Positions 46,627-56,202 of a stretch of 64,000 nt of DNA are shown piece by piece. The notes under the pieces are model-generated. The model ran no database searches, was not told where the DNA came from, and saw nothing but the letters and a program-made list of their open reading frames with translations. The stretch lies in NCBI GenBank assembly GCA_001873565.1, contig MNZJ01000025.1, positions 613 through 64,612 of the forward strand. The letters run 5' to 3'. The stretch comes from Candidatus Peregrinibacteria bacterium CG2_30_44_17. GTDB taxonomy: Bacteria > Patescibacteriota > Gracilibacteria > UBA1369 > UBA12470. Position 1 is the first letter of the stretch; every line of letters begins with the position of its first letter. Position numbers and translations under genes: made by a program.

Positions 46627-48114
46627 TCATCTGCTCCTGTAAGATAGCGCCTCGGCAACGTCTTGCGGCTCTATTTCGTTATGTCCTTCAAGATCAGCAA
46701 TACTTTGCGCCACCTTGATAGTATTAAAATACCCTCGTCCGGACACGAATTTTGCATTCAAGGCCTTCTTCATCAGGTCATCTCCACGCATGCTCATTTT
46801 GCATAAATGACCGACATCCGAGATCGTCAGCTCTCCATTGTAATTGGCGGAGCAGTTTGCAAGCCGTCTATGTTGTCTCTCCAAGGCATCATCGCTATTC
46901 GCGCATGAATCAAGCACATCATCCGCGCAAATATCGTCTTCATCAAGCGCAGGTACTTCTAAGACCATGTCTACCCTGTCCCAGAAAGCAGCAGGGAATT
47001 TCGAAGAAAATTTTCTCAAAGAAAACTCACCACAACTACACTCCACTTGAGATACAGACGATCTTTTTCCGCACAAGCATGGATTCATCGTTGCGATCAT
47101 CATAAAATCCGCAGGCATACGAACCTTTTTCCTTCCAGCGCAAACAAGTACACTCTTCTCCTCCATAGGCTTAATCAAAGCTTCAATATGTGCACGCGAA
47201 AAATTATGCAAATCATCAAGCATCAGAATCCCTTTGTGAGCTAGACTCATTTCGCCGGCTTTAAGTTTGGCTCCACCACCTGTTAGAGTTGATACGGAAA
47301 CAGTATGACTAACCTCTCGAAAAGGTCTAAAAACCTTAAGTCCGCAAGGGTGATTGTCAAAAGCGGATTGGATGCGAACAACTTCACAAATTTCATCAGA
47401 ATTCAGTGGCGGCATGAGCCCGGCAGCACTTCTTGCGAGCAGACTTTTACCCATGCCCGGCGGTCCGACAAGCACAATGTGGTGGCGAAATAGCGAGGCA
47501 ATTTTGAGGGCACGTTGGACGACAGCGTGGCCTTTTATAGGGATGCCGGGTTTGCGCACGCCGGATTTCACCATTAGATTGCGTGATTCGCTCAAAGCAA
47601 CATCTCCTTTGATATAAGAGACAAGTTCTTTGAGATTTCGCGGAGCAAAGACCTGAATACCGGAGACCAAATTAGCCTCGGGAGCACGATCATCTCCAAC
47701 AAAAATCCTTTTGAATCCAGCTTCACGCGCCGCCATAACCATAGAGAGAGTGCCGGGAACGCCTCTTATAGTCCCATCAAGACCAAGTTCGCCAACAAAC
47801 ACACTGGACTCTAGAATCTCACGCGATACTAACTGTTTGGACGCCACCAAAAGTCCAATTGCAACAGGCAGATCAAACTGAGTCCCCCTCTTGCGTATAT
47901 TAGACGGCGCCAAGTTCACAACTTTGCGAAATCTGGGAAAATCAAACCCACTGCTCTGTATTGCGACTTTGATACGGTCACGGGCTTCGTAAATGGTGGT
48001 ATCCGCAAGTCCGACAAAAACAAAATAAGGCAGTCCACGTGCCAGCTCGGTTTCAACACGCACAATAGAGGCATCGGAACCGCTAAGTACTGCAGAAAAA
48101 GTCACAGTAGGCAT
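46627..48114 (-). CDS. comM: Mg-chelatase-like AAA+ protein YifB/ComM
   Basis: Lon-protease-like N-domain, AAA+ P-loop GPPGMGKS and a C-terminal ChlI-like domain. TGA stop. Confidence 0.85.
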   Translation of the reverse strand: MPTVTFSAVLSGSDASIVRVETELARGLPYFVFVGLADTTIYEARDRIKVAIQSSGFDFPRFRKVVNLAPSNIRKRGTQFDLPVAIGLLVASKQLVSREILESSVFVGELGLDGTIRGVPGTLSMVMAAREAGFKRIFVGDDRAPEANLVSGIQVFAPRNLKELVSYIKGDVALSESRNLMVKSGVRKPGIPIKGHAVVQRALKIASLFRHHIVLVGPPGMGKSLLARSAAGLMPPLNSDEICEVVRIQSAFDNHPCGLKVFRPFREVSHTVSVSTLTGGGAKLKAGEMSLAHKGILMLDDLHNFSRAHIEALIKPMEEKSVLVCAGRKKVRMPADFMMIATMNPCLCGKRSSVSQVECSCGEFSLRKFSSKFPAAFWDRVDMVLEVPALDEDDICADDVLDSCANSDDALERQHRRLANCSANYNGELTISDVGHLCKMSMRGDDLMKKALNAKFVSGRGYFNTIKVAQSIADLEGHNEIEPQDVAEALSYRSR

Positions 48115-48190
48115 AAAACATTTTTAAGATGTAATACGCCAGTATTAACACACCAACATTAAATTTTTATGAAAAAACCACTCGAAGCTC

Positions 48191-49138
48191 CTACTCTTCC
48201 CTTAGTTCGAAAATAGATTCACCACTTTTTACATAAACGGACTCCCCACTACTAACGATCAACGATTCGGCAACATCAATATCAAGACCGTCAACGATAA
48301 CGTACACGCTATTTCCATCATAACTTCCAACGACAGTGCCGGCTACGGCAGTCTCGTCGCCAAGCTCGGAAGCGTCGGCCAAGAAGTACAGATGGCCATC
48401 CGCGTAAGTGGTTTGAGGAAGACCCCAATTAAAAGGCAGTTTTCCAAGCTCACCATCGGAAAACCAGTACAAAGACCCGGCATCGACTATGTATGAATCC
48501 CCTGCGAACATAACCTCGCTGAGTCCTTCAAGAGTAAACAGATAGCTTCTTGTGTCTTCAAGGAAATTTACGAAATAAGCATCAAAGCTAGTCAGATCAT
48601 AAACGACAGCTCCAGTCAAATCCGGCTTAACAAAGATCATAGCGTCAAGCATGCCCTTGGTGAAAGTACCTCGCCTAATCTCTCCTTCCCAGAGAGTAAC
48701 GTATTCCGTAGTAGGGTCGGTTTCCAAATAAAACAAATCGGAGAGATCGCAGTCATAAGTGTCTCCGTAGCAAAACTCAAATATGGACTCGTCTACATCG
48801 GCTTTGGAGAGGTCGCCGGCGGAGAGACTCGGTATAACGACTAATTCAACAGTGGTTTCATAGACGCCATCCTTCTCAACAGAAAAACTGTCCTGCACCA
48901 CATAATACCCTTCTTTGTCTGCATAAAATGCGTACTCTCCAATGTCGAGAGAGTAAGTGCATGTCGAGGAATCACATTCGTAAGAAACAACATCGGAATC
49001 GGAAACAAATTGAGCCTGATAAGGAAAAACATCGGATATCAAAACAACACTTCCGGAAGCTCCCTTCAAGAAGAGCGAGAAGACAAAAACTCCAAGGACG
49101 AGCACCAAAACAACCATTAATATAAGTTTTTTACGCAT
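48191..49138 (-). CDS. Hypothetical N-terminally anchored extracytoplasmic protein
   Basis: 315 aa. One N-terminal TM/signal helix followed by an acidic, beta-rich sequence with no recognisable motif. Confidence 0.55.
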   Translation of the reverse strand: MRKKLILMVVLVLVLGVFVFSLFLKGASGSVVLISDVFPYQAQFVSDSDVVSYECDSSTCTYSLDIGEYAFYADKEGYYVVQDSFSVEKDGVYETTVELVVIPSLSAGDLSKADVDESIFEFCYGDTYDCDLSDLFYLETDPTTEYVTLWEGEIRRGTFTKGMLDAMIFVKPDLTGAVVYDLTSFDAYFVNFLEDTRSYLFTLEGLSEVMFAGDSYIVDAGSLYWFSDGELGKLPFNWGLPQTTYADGHLYFLADASELGDETAVAGTVVGSYDGNSVYVIVDGLDIDVAESLIVSSGESVYVKSGESIFELREE

Positions 49139-49177
49139 TTTTATTTTTGTTAAGGCTCCTTTATTATTACAGGTCGA

Positions 49178-49492
49178 TTATAACACATTTTGTAAGTGCG
49201 TAATCTCCCTCCCCAAAACAAGAACGGCGTCAATACGCCACGGTTTCGTGATGTCCAAATAAATCTCGGCAATACGAGCAATTTTGGAGATTTTACGCCA
49301 ATCTATCGAGTCCTCAGGCGTGCCGCATGCATCGGAAGATCGCCTCTTTACCTCTACGAAGACGACCTCGTCACCATCCATACAAATCAGGTCGACCTCG
49401 CCAAAATTTTTATAACGAAAATTTCGCTCAAGAATCTTATAGCCAATTCCGCAGAGATATTCAGCCGCCAGATTTTCGCCAAAATCATCCAT
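49178..49492 (-). CDS. yraN: YraN-family (UPF0102) endonuclease-like protein
   Basis: 104 aa. GENLAAEYL, RNFRYKNFGEVDLI and VVFVEVKRR match the UPF0102 pattern. Confidence 0.75.
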   Translation of the reverse strand: MDDFGENLAAEYLCGIGYKILERNFRYKNFGEVDLICMDGDEVVFVEVKRRSSDACGTPEDSIDWRKISKIARIAEIYLDITKPWRIDAVLVLGREITHLQNVL

Positions 49493-49624
49493 ATGCTACG
49501 CCATATATCATAAAGACCTTAAATTTTTATTAAAAAAATAAATCGCTCAAATTAGGAAGTCCAAAATATTGCATAGCATATGTAAAAGAGTAAAGTACGA
49601 AATCCCTACCACTACTAAACAAAA

Positions 49625-51013
49625 ATGCCGCAGGATTTGAAAGTACCTCCGCATAATTTAGAGGCCGAGAAGTCAGTACTCGGCTCCCTATTGCTTGATA
49701 AAGATGCGATCATAAAGATCGCAGACATGATCGACGTAGAGGATTTTTATTACGACAACCATCGCACGATTTACAATGGCGTTTTGGAGCTTTTTTCAAA
49801 AAGGTCGCCAATAGATATCTTGATGCTCAGTAACTACCTCAGAGAGAATAACGAGCTGGACAAAGTCGGAGGTAACGCATACCTGACAGAGCTGATTAAC
49901 GAAGTCGTAACGGCATCACACATAGTGCAGTATGCAGTGATCGTCAAACAGAAGTCCACACTCCGCAAACTTATCAAGGCTGGTCAGGAGATAACTACAC
50001 TTGGATTTAAAGAGAACGAAGAAATCGACGAACTGATCGAAGAGGCTGAGAAGACTATTTTTTCAGTCTCCCGCACATTCCTCAAAGACAAATTCGTACA
50101 CATCAAGGACATTCTCGCTCAAACTTACGAGAAGATATCAGACCTGCATGACCCGGAAGCGAAGGACAAATACAGAGGAATCCCTACCGGCTTCAAGTCT
50201 TTGGACAATATGCTATCCGGACTTCAGCCGTCAGACTTGGTTGTTCTGGCCGCAAGACCATCAATGGGTAAAACAGCCCTTGCTTTGAACGTAGCGCAGA
50301 ACGTATCAAAGGTGGGAAAATCGGTAGGTATCATCTCTCTGGAAATGTCCAAAGAGCAACTTGTAGAGAGAATGTTCTGCTCTCTCCTTGCAGTAGATTC
50401 TTGGAAGATGAGAACAGGACGTTTAACAGAAGAAGATTTCGCAAGAGTAGGATCGATAATGGACGAGCTAAATCAGTCCAAAATATTCATAGACGATTCA
50501 GTTGGAGGATCGATCGCGGAACTTAGAGCAAAAGCACGCCGCCTGCAGTCCGAACACGGATTAGATCTTCTCATAGTTGATTACCTGCAACTTATGAGTG
50601 CAGGCAAAGGAGGATCTTCCATTACAAACAGAGTTCAAGAGATCTCGGAGATATCCAGATCATTTAAATCGCTTGCTCGCGAACTTCGCATACCAATCAT
50701 TGCGCTATCTCAGCTATCGCGTGCTGTAGAACAACGCCCAAGCAAGATCCCTCAACTGTCCGATCTGCGTGAGTCTGGAGCAATCGAGCAGGATGCAGAT
50801 TTGGTACTGATGATGTATCGCGAAGATTATTACGAAGAGGACACAGAGCGCGCAGGAGTTACGGATTTGTATATCCGCAAGCACAGGAATGGTCCTATCG
50901 GCAAAATAGAGCTCATGTTCAAAAAGGAACAGATGCGTTTTTACGACGTGGAAAAACAACGTAAGTACGAAGGCGCACCAACCAGCAGTGGCCCGATCCC
51001 AGTATCGTTTTAG
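49625..51013 (+). CDS. dnaB: Replicative DNA helicase DnaB
   Basis: PPHNLEAEKSVLGSLL at the N-terminus, Walker A ARPSMGKTALAL, and LIVDYLQLM. Confidence 0.95.
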   Translation: MPQDLKVPPHNLEAEKSVLGSLLLDKDAIIKIADMIDVEDFYYDNHRTIYNGVLELFSKRSPIDILMLSNYLRENNELDKVGGNAYLTELINEVVTASHIVQYAVIVKQKSTLRKLIKAGQEITTLGFKENEEIDELIEEAEKTIFSVSRTFLKDKFVHIKDILAQTYEKISDLHDPEAKDKYRGIPTGFKSLDNMLSGLQPSDLVVLAARPSMGKTALALNVAQNVSKVGKSVGIISLEMSKEQLVERMFCSLLAVDSWKMRTGRLTEEDFARVGSIMDELNQSKIFIDDSVGGSIAELRAKARRLQSEHGLDLLIVDYLQLMSAGKGGSSITNRVQEISEISRSFKSLARELRIPIIALSQLSRAVEQRPSKIPQLSDLRESGAIEQDADLVLMMYREDYYEEDTERAGVTDLYIRKHRNGPIGKIELMFKKEQMRFYDVEKQRKYEGAPTSSGPIPVSF

Positions 51014-51063
51014 ATGTAGCAGCTATGCCATGTTGGTATTAGATTTTTGCAAAAAACGTACTA

Positions 51064-51100
51064 TACTACTGACTACCGACTACTGACTAAATCCTACTAA
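51064..51100. repeat. Heptad array ACTACTG ACTACCG ACTACTG ACTAAAT CCTACTA ending 2 nt before the lysS start
   Basis: CTA at 51066, 51073, 51080, 51087 and 51094, exactly 7 nt apart. Confidence 0.8.
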
Positions 51101-51102
51101 CC

Positions 51103-52668
51103 ATGTTTTGGGTAGACGAAATCGCAGACGACATAATAGCCAAATATCCCGACCAAGACACATTCGTAATCCGTGATGAGAAGACGCTGTCCGGACGTGT
51201 CCACATAGGATCTCTTCGAGGAGTAGTCATACATGGTATCATTGCACAGGCACTTCGCGAACGCGGCAAAAAAGCGGAATACTACTTTGAGTTCAACGAC
51301 TTCGATCCGATGGACGGACTACCTGTCTACTTGGATCAGGATAAATACAAGCAGTACATGGGGCAGCCACTTTATACGGTTCCATCGCCGGATCCTGATT
51401 TCAAGAACTATCCCGAATACTTTGGTGAGGAGTTCTTGAGCGTAATAAAGGCCGTAGGCTTCGACCCAAAAATTATAAGAGCAAAAGATCTATACCAAAA
51501 CGGGACCTATAATAAATGGATAGAAAAAGTCCTGACCCATCCAAACGAAATCCGCCAAATTTACAAAGAAGTTAGCGGCAGCGAAAAACCCGACGACTGG
51601 TACCCGTTGCAGGTAATATGTGAAAAATGCGGCAAAGTCGGCACGACAAAAGTCACAGGCATCAAAGGCGACAAAGTAACATACAAATGCATGCCTGACA
51701 TGGTGTCATGGGCGCAAGGATGCGGACACGAAGGCGAGATAAATCCATACGATGGACGCAGCAAACTGCCTTGGAAAGTAGAGTGGGCGGTCAAATGGTC
51801 CGGATTGCCGGTTACGATTGAGGGATCGGGCAAAGACCACAACGCAGCAGGAGGATCTCACGACATTTCCGTCAGGATTTGCAAAGAGATACTGGAGATG
51901 CCGGTTCCATACAACATACCTTACGAATTTTTCTTAACAGGTGGCGCGAAAATGAGCTCATCAAAAGGTGAAGGAGCGACAGCAAAAGCTATCGGGGAAT
52001 TATTGCCACCTGAGATCCTAAGATTTTTGATGATTCAGAAGCACCCAAAACGTCCGATCGAGTTCAACCCGGAGGGATCAACAGTCCCGGTTCTATTCGA
52101 TCAGCACGACAAAGCATCGGAGCAGTATTTCGCCTCGGAGCCGGAAATCCCGGACCATGGAAGACTTTTTCACTACTCTCAAATCAGCGACGCCAAACCG
52201 GTCAAGCATTATTTGCCACGATTCACGAGAGTTATTTTCTTCCTGCAAATGCCGCACATGGACGCGGAGAAGGAAATAGCAGAGATAAAAGGTAGCAAGC
52301 TAACAGTGGAAGACAAAGAAGAAGTGGCAATGCGAATAAAGTACGGCAAAAAGTGGCTAGACTCATACGCACCGGAAGACTTCGTATTTGAGGTGCAAGA
52401 AGTAGCGCCGTCAGTTGATTTGTCTCAAGACCAGAAACAATTCTTACTCCATATAGCGGAAGCGATGAAAGGCGCGGATCTAAAAGGCGAAGACCTCCAC
52501 GCAGAAATCCACAAGATCAGAAAAGCATCACCGTTGCAGCCTCGTGACGCGTTCCAAGCGATATACTTAGCACTTCTGGGAAAAGACTCCGGTCCTCAGG
52601 CCGGTTGGTTCTTGGAAGCTCTTAAAAAAGAGTTCGTAATAAAAAGGTTCACAGAATTGTCAGCCTAA
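51103..52668 (+). CDS. lysS: Lysyl-tRNA synthetase, class I (archaeal-type)
   Basis: 521 aa. HIGH-like SGRVHIGSLRG and KMSSSKG (the class I LysRS form of KMSKS), with no class II motifs. Confidence 0.85.
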   Translation: MFWVDEIADDIIAKYPDQDTFVIRDEKTLSGRVHIGSLRGVVIHGIIAQALRERGKKAEYYFEFNDFDPMDGLPVYLDQDKYKQYMGQPLYTVPSPDPDFKNYPEYFGEEFLSVIKAVGFDPKIIRAKDLYQNGTYNKWIEKVLTHPNEIRQIYKEVSGSEKPDDWYPLQVICEKCGKVGTTKVTGIKGDKVTYKCMPDMVSWAQGCGHEGEINPYDGRSKLPWKVEWAVKWSGLPVTIEGSGKDHNAAGGSHDISVRICKEILEMPVPYNIPYEFFLTGGAKMSSSKGEGATAKAIGELLPPEILRFLMIQKHPKRPIEFNPEGSTVPVLFDQHDKASEQYFASEPEIPDHGRLFHYSQISDAKPVKHYLPRFTRVIFFLQMPHMDAEKEIAEIKGSKLTVEDKEEVAMRIKYGKKWLDSYAPEDFVFEVQEVAPSVDLSQDQKQFLLHIAEAMKGADLKGEDLHAEIHKIRKASPLQPRDAFQAIYLALLGKDSGPQAGWFLEALKKEFVIKRFTELSA

Positions 52669-54389
52669 GGAGTAGTCTCAGGAGCAGCTGCATTCAGGTC
52701 GTCAATAGAAGTAGATGTGGGCACGACACCACCTTGCCATTTGCCGTCTTTGTAAAATCTGAATCCGCTTTCATTGCCGGAGAGCCATGCGCTCTTAATT
52801 GGCTCAGAAATCTGCGATGGATCTGCGAAAACAACAACGTTTACAGCCTCGTTACCAGAGGCAAGTGCGAACTGTCTAGCCGTTTCACGCCCATCTTCGC
52901 CAAAAGCAACTAGAGACACTCCATCATAGCCTTTGACCAAGGTATCAAAATTAGTAGTGGTGACTTCTCGTACTTGCCCCGCTGTAAACGGTTCCGGTTC
53001 AAGCGCATGCAAAGGTGCGGCAAGTGCGTCAATAAGCGTGTTGAATTGACTGTTATACGACATGATAACAAGGTCGTAAGGACTTTCCTCTGTAGTCGTA
53101 ACCAGTAAGCCTTGCACCGACTCGGTGCCAGCGTATTTGAGGCGAATAAATATCAAATTACCATAGTGTATGTCGTCAGCATCAACCATTTTATCGACAC
53201 GAAACATTTCAGCGGTAGAGCCAGGCAAAATAGACTCTGCAGTCTCAGTAAGGGCGTCATCCTTAATCTCGTTTTTTAAAAATCTCTTCCACTGCCTATC
53301 GAAAGCAACTTGCCTCTGTCTAGTCTCGCGCTTCTCTCGTTTTTGCTCGCGAGCAGTAGGCTCCGCTGGTTCATCATCAGCCACTACTGGCCCATTCTGT
53401 GGACTGCCAACTGTGCCTTGAATTGGAGCGGCAGGAGGCTGAGCATCTGGTCCCGTCTGTGGTCCGCTGTCTGTATCTGCGCCTTGTGGTCCGTTGTCTG
53501 CAACGGTAGCAGTAGGATCATCGGTTGTGGCAACAGTAGCAAGTTCGGCATCATCAACATCATCAGGTTGAGCAGCAGGTTCATCAACAGTGTGAGTCCC
53601 AGTCAGATCAGAAGTATCGTCATCAGCCACGTCATCAGCATCCACCGACCCAGTCTGTGGTCCGATGTCTGCGCCTTGTGGACTGCCAACTGTGCCTTGC
53701 TCTCTACCAAGCAAACCTTCGTAATTATTCCCAAGCCACTCGGCAAAAGCTATATTTTGAGCCGCCGTACCCTTATAACCCGTATCAACATTAGATATAG
53801 AGGTGGTGAGTTTAGAATTAATAAAAGCTAAACAGCCAGGATGGGTCTTTAGAAACGCCTTGCGTCCTGCAAAAGTAGGATCCAAGCCCAAGGATCTCAT
53901 TATAGCAACAACGCTACCTGTATCTTTGGCAATTTCGATTGCGGAAGTAGTAGTCAGGATTTCCTCATTAAGGCGTGCATGCTCTAAAGCCGCTTTAGCA
54001 GTTGCCTTATCAGGAGTAAATAAATCCACTTTTGTTTCTGTGGCCGCGCCATCAAGCTGGAATCCGAATTCGAAGCTGCCGCTATTCGCATAAATATTGA
54101 ACTTATCACCAGTGTGCATTTTTGGCGTGCTGATACCATGCCTCCTTACTCGCAAGTCGACATTGATAATTATTTTCTGTTGAGCGGCATTAAGCTCTGC
54201 GAATTTCTTGCCATAAAATCCTTCAGCCATAGCAGCCGTAAAAGACGGGCTGTTTGAACTAACAGCAAAAGCTTTGTTTCCCAGAGTAGTAAGCGCAGCC
54301 TTTAGCTCATCATCTGTCATTTTCCAAGCAGGTTTCTCTGCCAAATGCTCTTGTACTTCTACCTGCGATTTAGGCTCTTCGTAAGGCAT
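52665..54389 (-). CDS. Hypothetical protein with acidic Gly/Pro/Gln-rich repeat linker
   Basis: 574 aa with no signal peptide. The central low-complexity segment carries QGTVGSPQ twice, encoded by exact 23-nt repeats. The C-terminal about 100 aa are loosely thioredoxin-fold-like but lack CxxC. Confidence 0.55.
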   Translation of the reverse strand: MPYEEPKSQVEVQEHLAEKPAWKMTDDELKAALTTLGNKAFAVSSNSPSFTAAMAEGFYGKKFAELNAAQQKIIINVDLRVRRHGISTPKMHTGDKFNIYANSGSFEFGFQLDGAATETKVDLFTPDKATAKAALEHARLNEEILTTTSAIEIAKDTGSVVAIMRSLGLDPTFAGRKAFLKTHPGCLAFINSKLTTSISNVDTGYKGTAAQNIAFAEWLGNNYEGLLGREQGTVGSPQGADIGPQTGSVDADDVADDDTSDLTGTHTVDEPAAQPDDVDDAELATVATTDDPTATVADNGPQGADTDSGPQTGPDAQPPAAPIQGTVGSPQNGPVVADDEPAEPTAREQKREKRETRQRQVAFDRQWKRFLKNEIKDDALTETAESILPGSTAEMFRVDKMVDADDIHYGNLIFIRLKYAGTESVQGLLVTTTEESPYDLVIMSYNSQFNTLIDALAAPLHALEPEPFTAGQVREVTTTNFDTLVKGYDGVSLVAFGEDGRETARQFALASGNEAVNVVVFADPSQISEPIKSAWLSGNESGFRFYKDGKWQGGVVPTSTSIDDLNAAAPETTP

Positions 54390-54511
54390 TTTATTTTTAT
54401 TTAAAAATTTATCTATGAATTATAGCATAAAACACTCACTCTATCAACCCTCGTAACCTTACAAATTGCCTGAAAAAACGCTAAAACTAAGGAGTCACAA
54501 ACGAAGATACT

Positions 54512-56173
54512 ATGCCAAAGAAGCATAAAATCAGCAGCAAACTAAAAATCGCAATATACTCTGTCGTAGCGGTATTGGCGACGCTAATGCTGGTAGCAAT
54601 TTATGCGCTCGGTCCACTTAAGACATTTCTTCCAAACATATGCAATTTGACAGGTACGATTTTCGGAAGCAGGACGTACTTGATACTTTTCCAAAACAAT
54701 TACGAGATTAGGCCTACGGGAGGGTTCATATCGGCTTACGGAGTACTCACTATAAATCACGGGATTCCGGGGATTCAGTTCTACGACGTGTACGGAGAGG
54801 TAGATGAGCACGAATACATAGATCCACCACACTATCCAATGCAGGAGCTACTGGGTGGCCCGACATACGGAGGCTACACATTTCGTGATACCAACTATTA
54901 CGTGGATTTCCGTGATTCGGCGCAAGAGATGTTAGACTTCTATCACATTACTCAGCCTGAGTCTGAGATAGACGGCATAGTTGCAATAGACTTCACTATG
55001 CTCGAAAGCTTGGTTGGACTATACGGTCCGGTTAAGGCAGGCGATTTCGAGCTCACGGAGAACAATTTATTCGAAACGCTTTCAGCTGAAGTATCAGATA
55101 TAAACAGGCACGACGCGGAAGAAATTTATGGTCGCAAAGACATCATGAAAGATGTCGCAAAAGACATCATAAAAAACGCAATCCTGAGCCCTTTCAAGTA
55201 CAGAGGTTTCTCAGCCCTAATCGCAAAAAATCTCGATGAAAAGCACGTAATTCTTTGGTTCGCAGACGAAGGGTTGGAATCAAAGGCGATAAGGCTCGGA
55301 TGGTCAGGCACGATGCCGGAAGATTACGAAGACTTACTTGCAGTAAGCGAAGCTAATCTGGGCGGGATGAAAAACGACAGATATATGGCTCGCAACATCA
55401 AGTACGAAGTTGATATTCAGGAAGATCAAATTGTTTGCAATCTAGAAGTCACGATGGATCATTTCGGCGGAGAAAACATTCCGCTAAGCGGTGACTACAA
55501 AGGATATCTCCGTGCATATATACCGTCAGAGGCAACTCAAATCACGGACAAAACCGAAGAGTCAAAAGGCAACTATAAATCTTTAGGCGAGATAATATAT
55601 TTGTCCAAGACTGAAGAAAAAACCGTTGAATTCGAGTACACATTACCGATAAGCATTATTGAAGACGGCACATATTCACTGGATCTGGTGAAGCAACCAG
55701 GGACGGAGGCGGACAATTACGAAATAATTATTCATACTCCTCAAGGTTCGACGCTCGAAAGTGAGAGTTTTACGACTCATGAAGAACACGCATATTTATC
55801 AACAGGCCTGAGCACAGACCAACGCTTCGAACTAACTATAATTCCCGATGAAACGGAGCCGCGAATTCACTCGCATGAAATCGTAGAACTTAACAAAATT
55901 TGGATAGGGTTCAACGAGCCTCTGGATTGCGATACAGCCTCAGATCCTTTTGCTTACGCAATAACGGACACAAACACGGCAGCATCAGAGACAGACACTG
56001 TCTACATAGACACTATAACCTGTTCTGGCAGGGATGTTTGGCTAGACACAATAGGCATGACTAGCCAAAACGAAGAGTTCTACGAGATAATTTTGCGCAA
56101 TATCCGCGACAAAGCAGGTAACTATATCGACCCGAATCCACGCACGATCACAGTCGTGCAACGTGGCCTATAA
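54512..56173 (+). CDS. DUF4012-domain membrane-anchored protein
   Basis: N-terminal TM helix. NNYEIRPTGGFISAYGV matches the DUF4012 core (E.R.TGGF.G.YG). An AAGGAG Shine-Dalgarno site lies upstream. Confidence 0.7.
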   Translation: MPKKHKISSKLKIAIYSVVAVLATLMLVAIYALGPLKTFLPNICNLTGTIFGSRTYLILFQNNYEIRPTGGFISAYGVLTINHGIPGIQFYDVYGEVDEHEYIDPPHYPMQELLGGPTYGGYTFRDTNYYVDFRDSAQEMLDFYHITQPESEIDGIVAIDFTMLESLVGLYGPVKAGDFELTENNLFETLSAEVSDINRHDAEEIYGRKDIMKDVAKDIIKNAILSPFKYRGFSALIAKNLDEKHVILWFADEGLESKAIRLGWSGTMPEDYEDLLAVSEANLGGMKNDRYMARNIKYEVDIQEDQIVCNLEVTMDHFGGENIPLSGDYKGYLRAYIPSEATQITDKTEESKGNYKSLGEIIYLSKTEEKTVEFEYTLPISIIEDGTYSLDLVKQPGTEADNYEIIIHTPQGSTLESESFTTHEEHAYLSTGLSTDQRFELTIIPDETEPRIHSHEIVELNKIWIGFNEPLDCDTASDPFAYAITDTNTAASETDTVYIDTITCSGRDVWLDTIGMTSQNEEFYEIILRNIRDKAGNYIDPNPRTITVVQRGL

Positions 56174-56202
56174 AAGTAGAATCAAACCCTCATAAATCCA
56201 CT

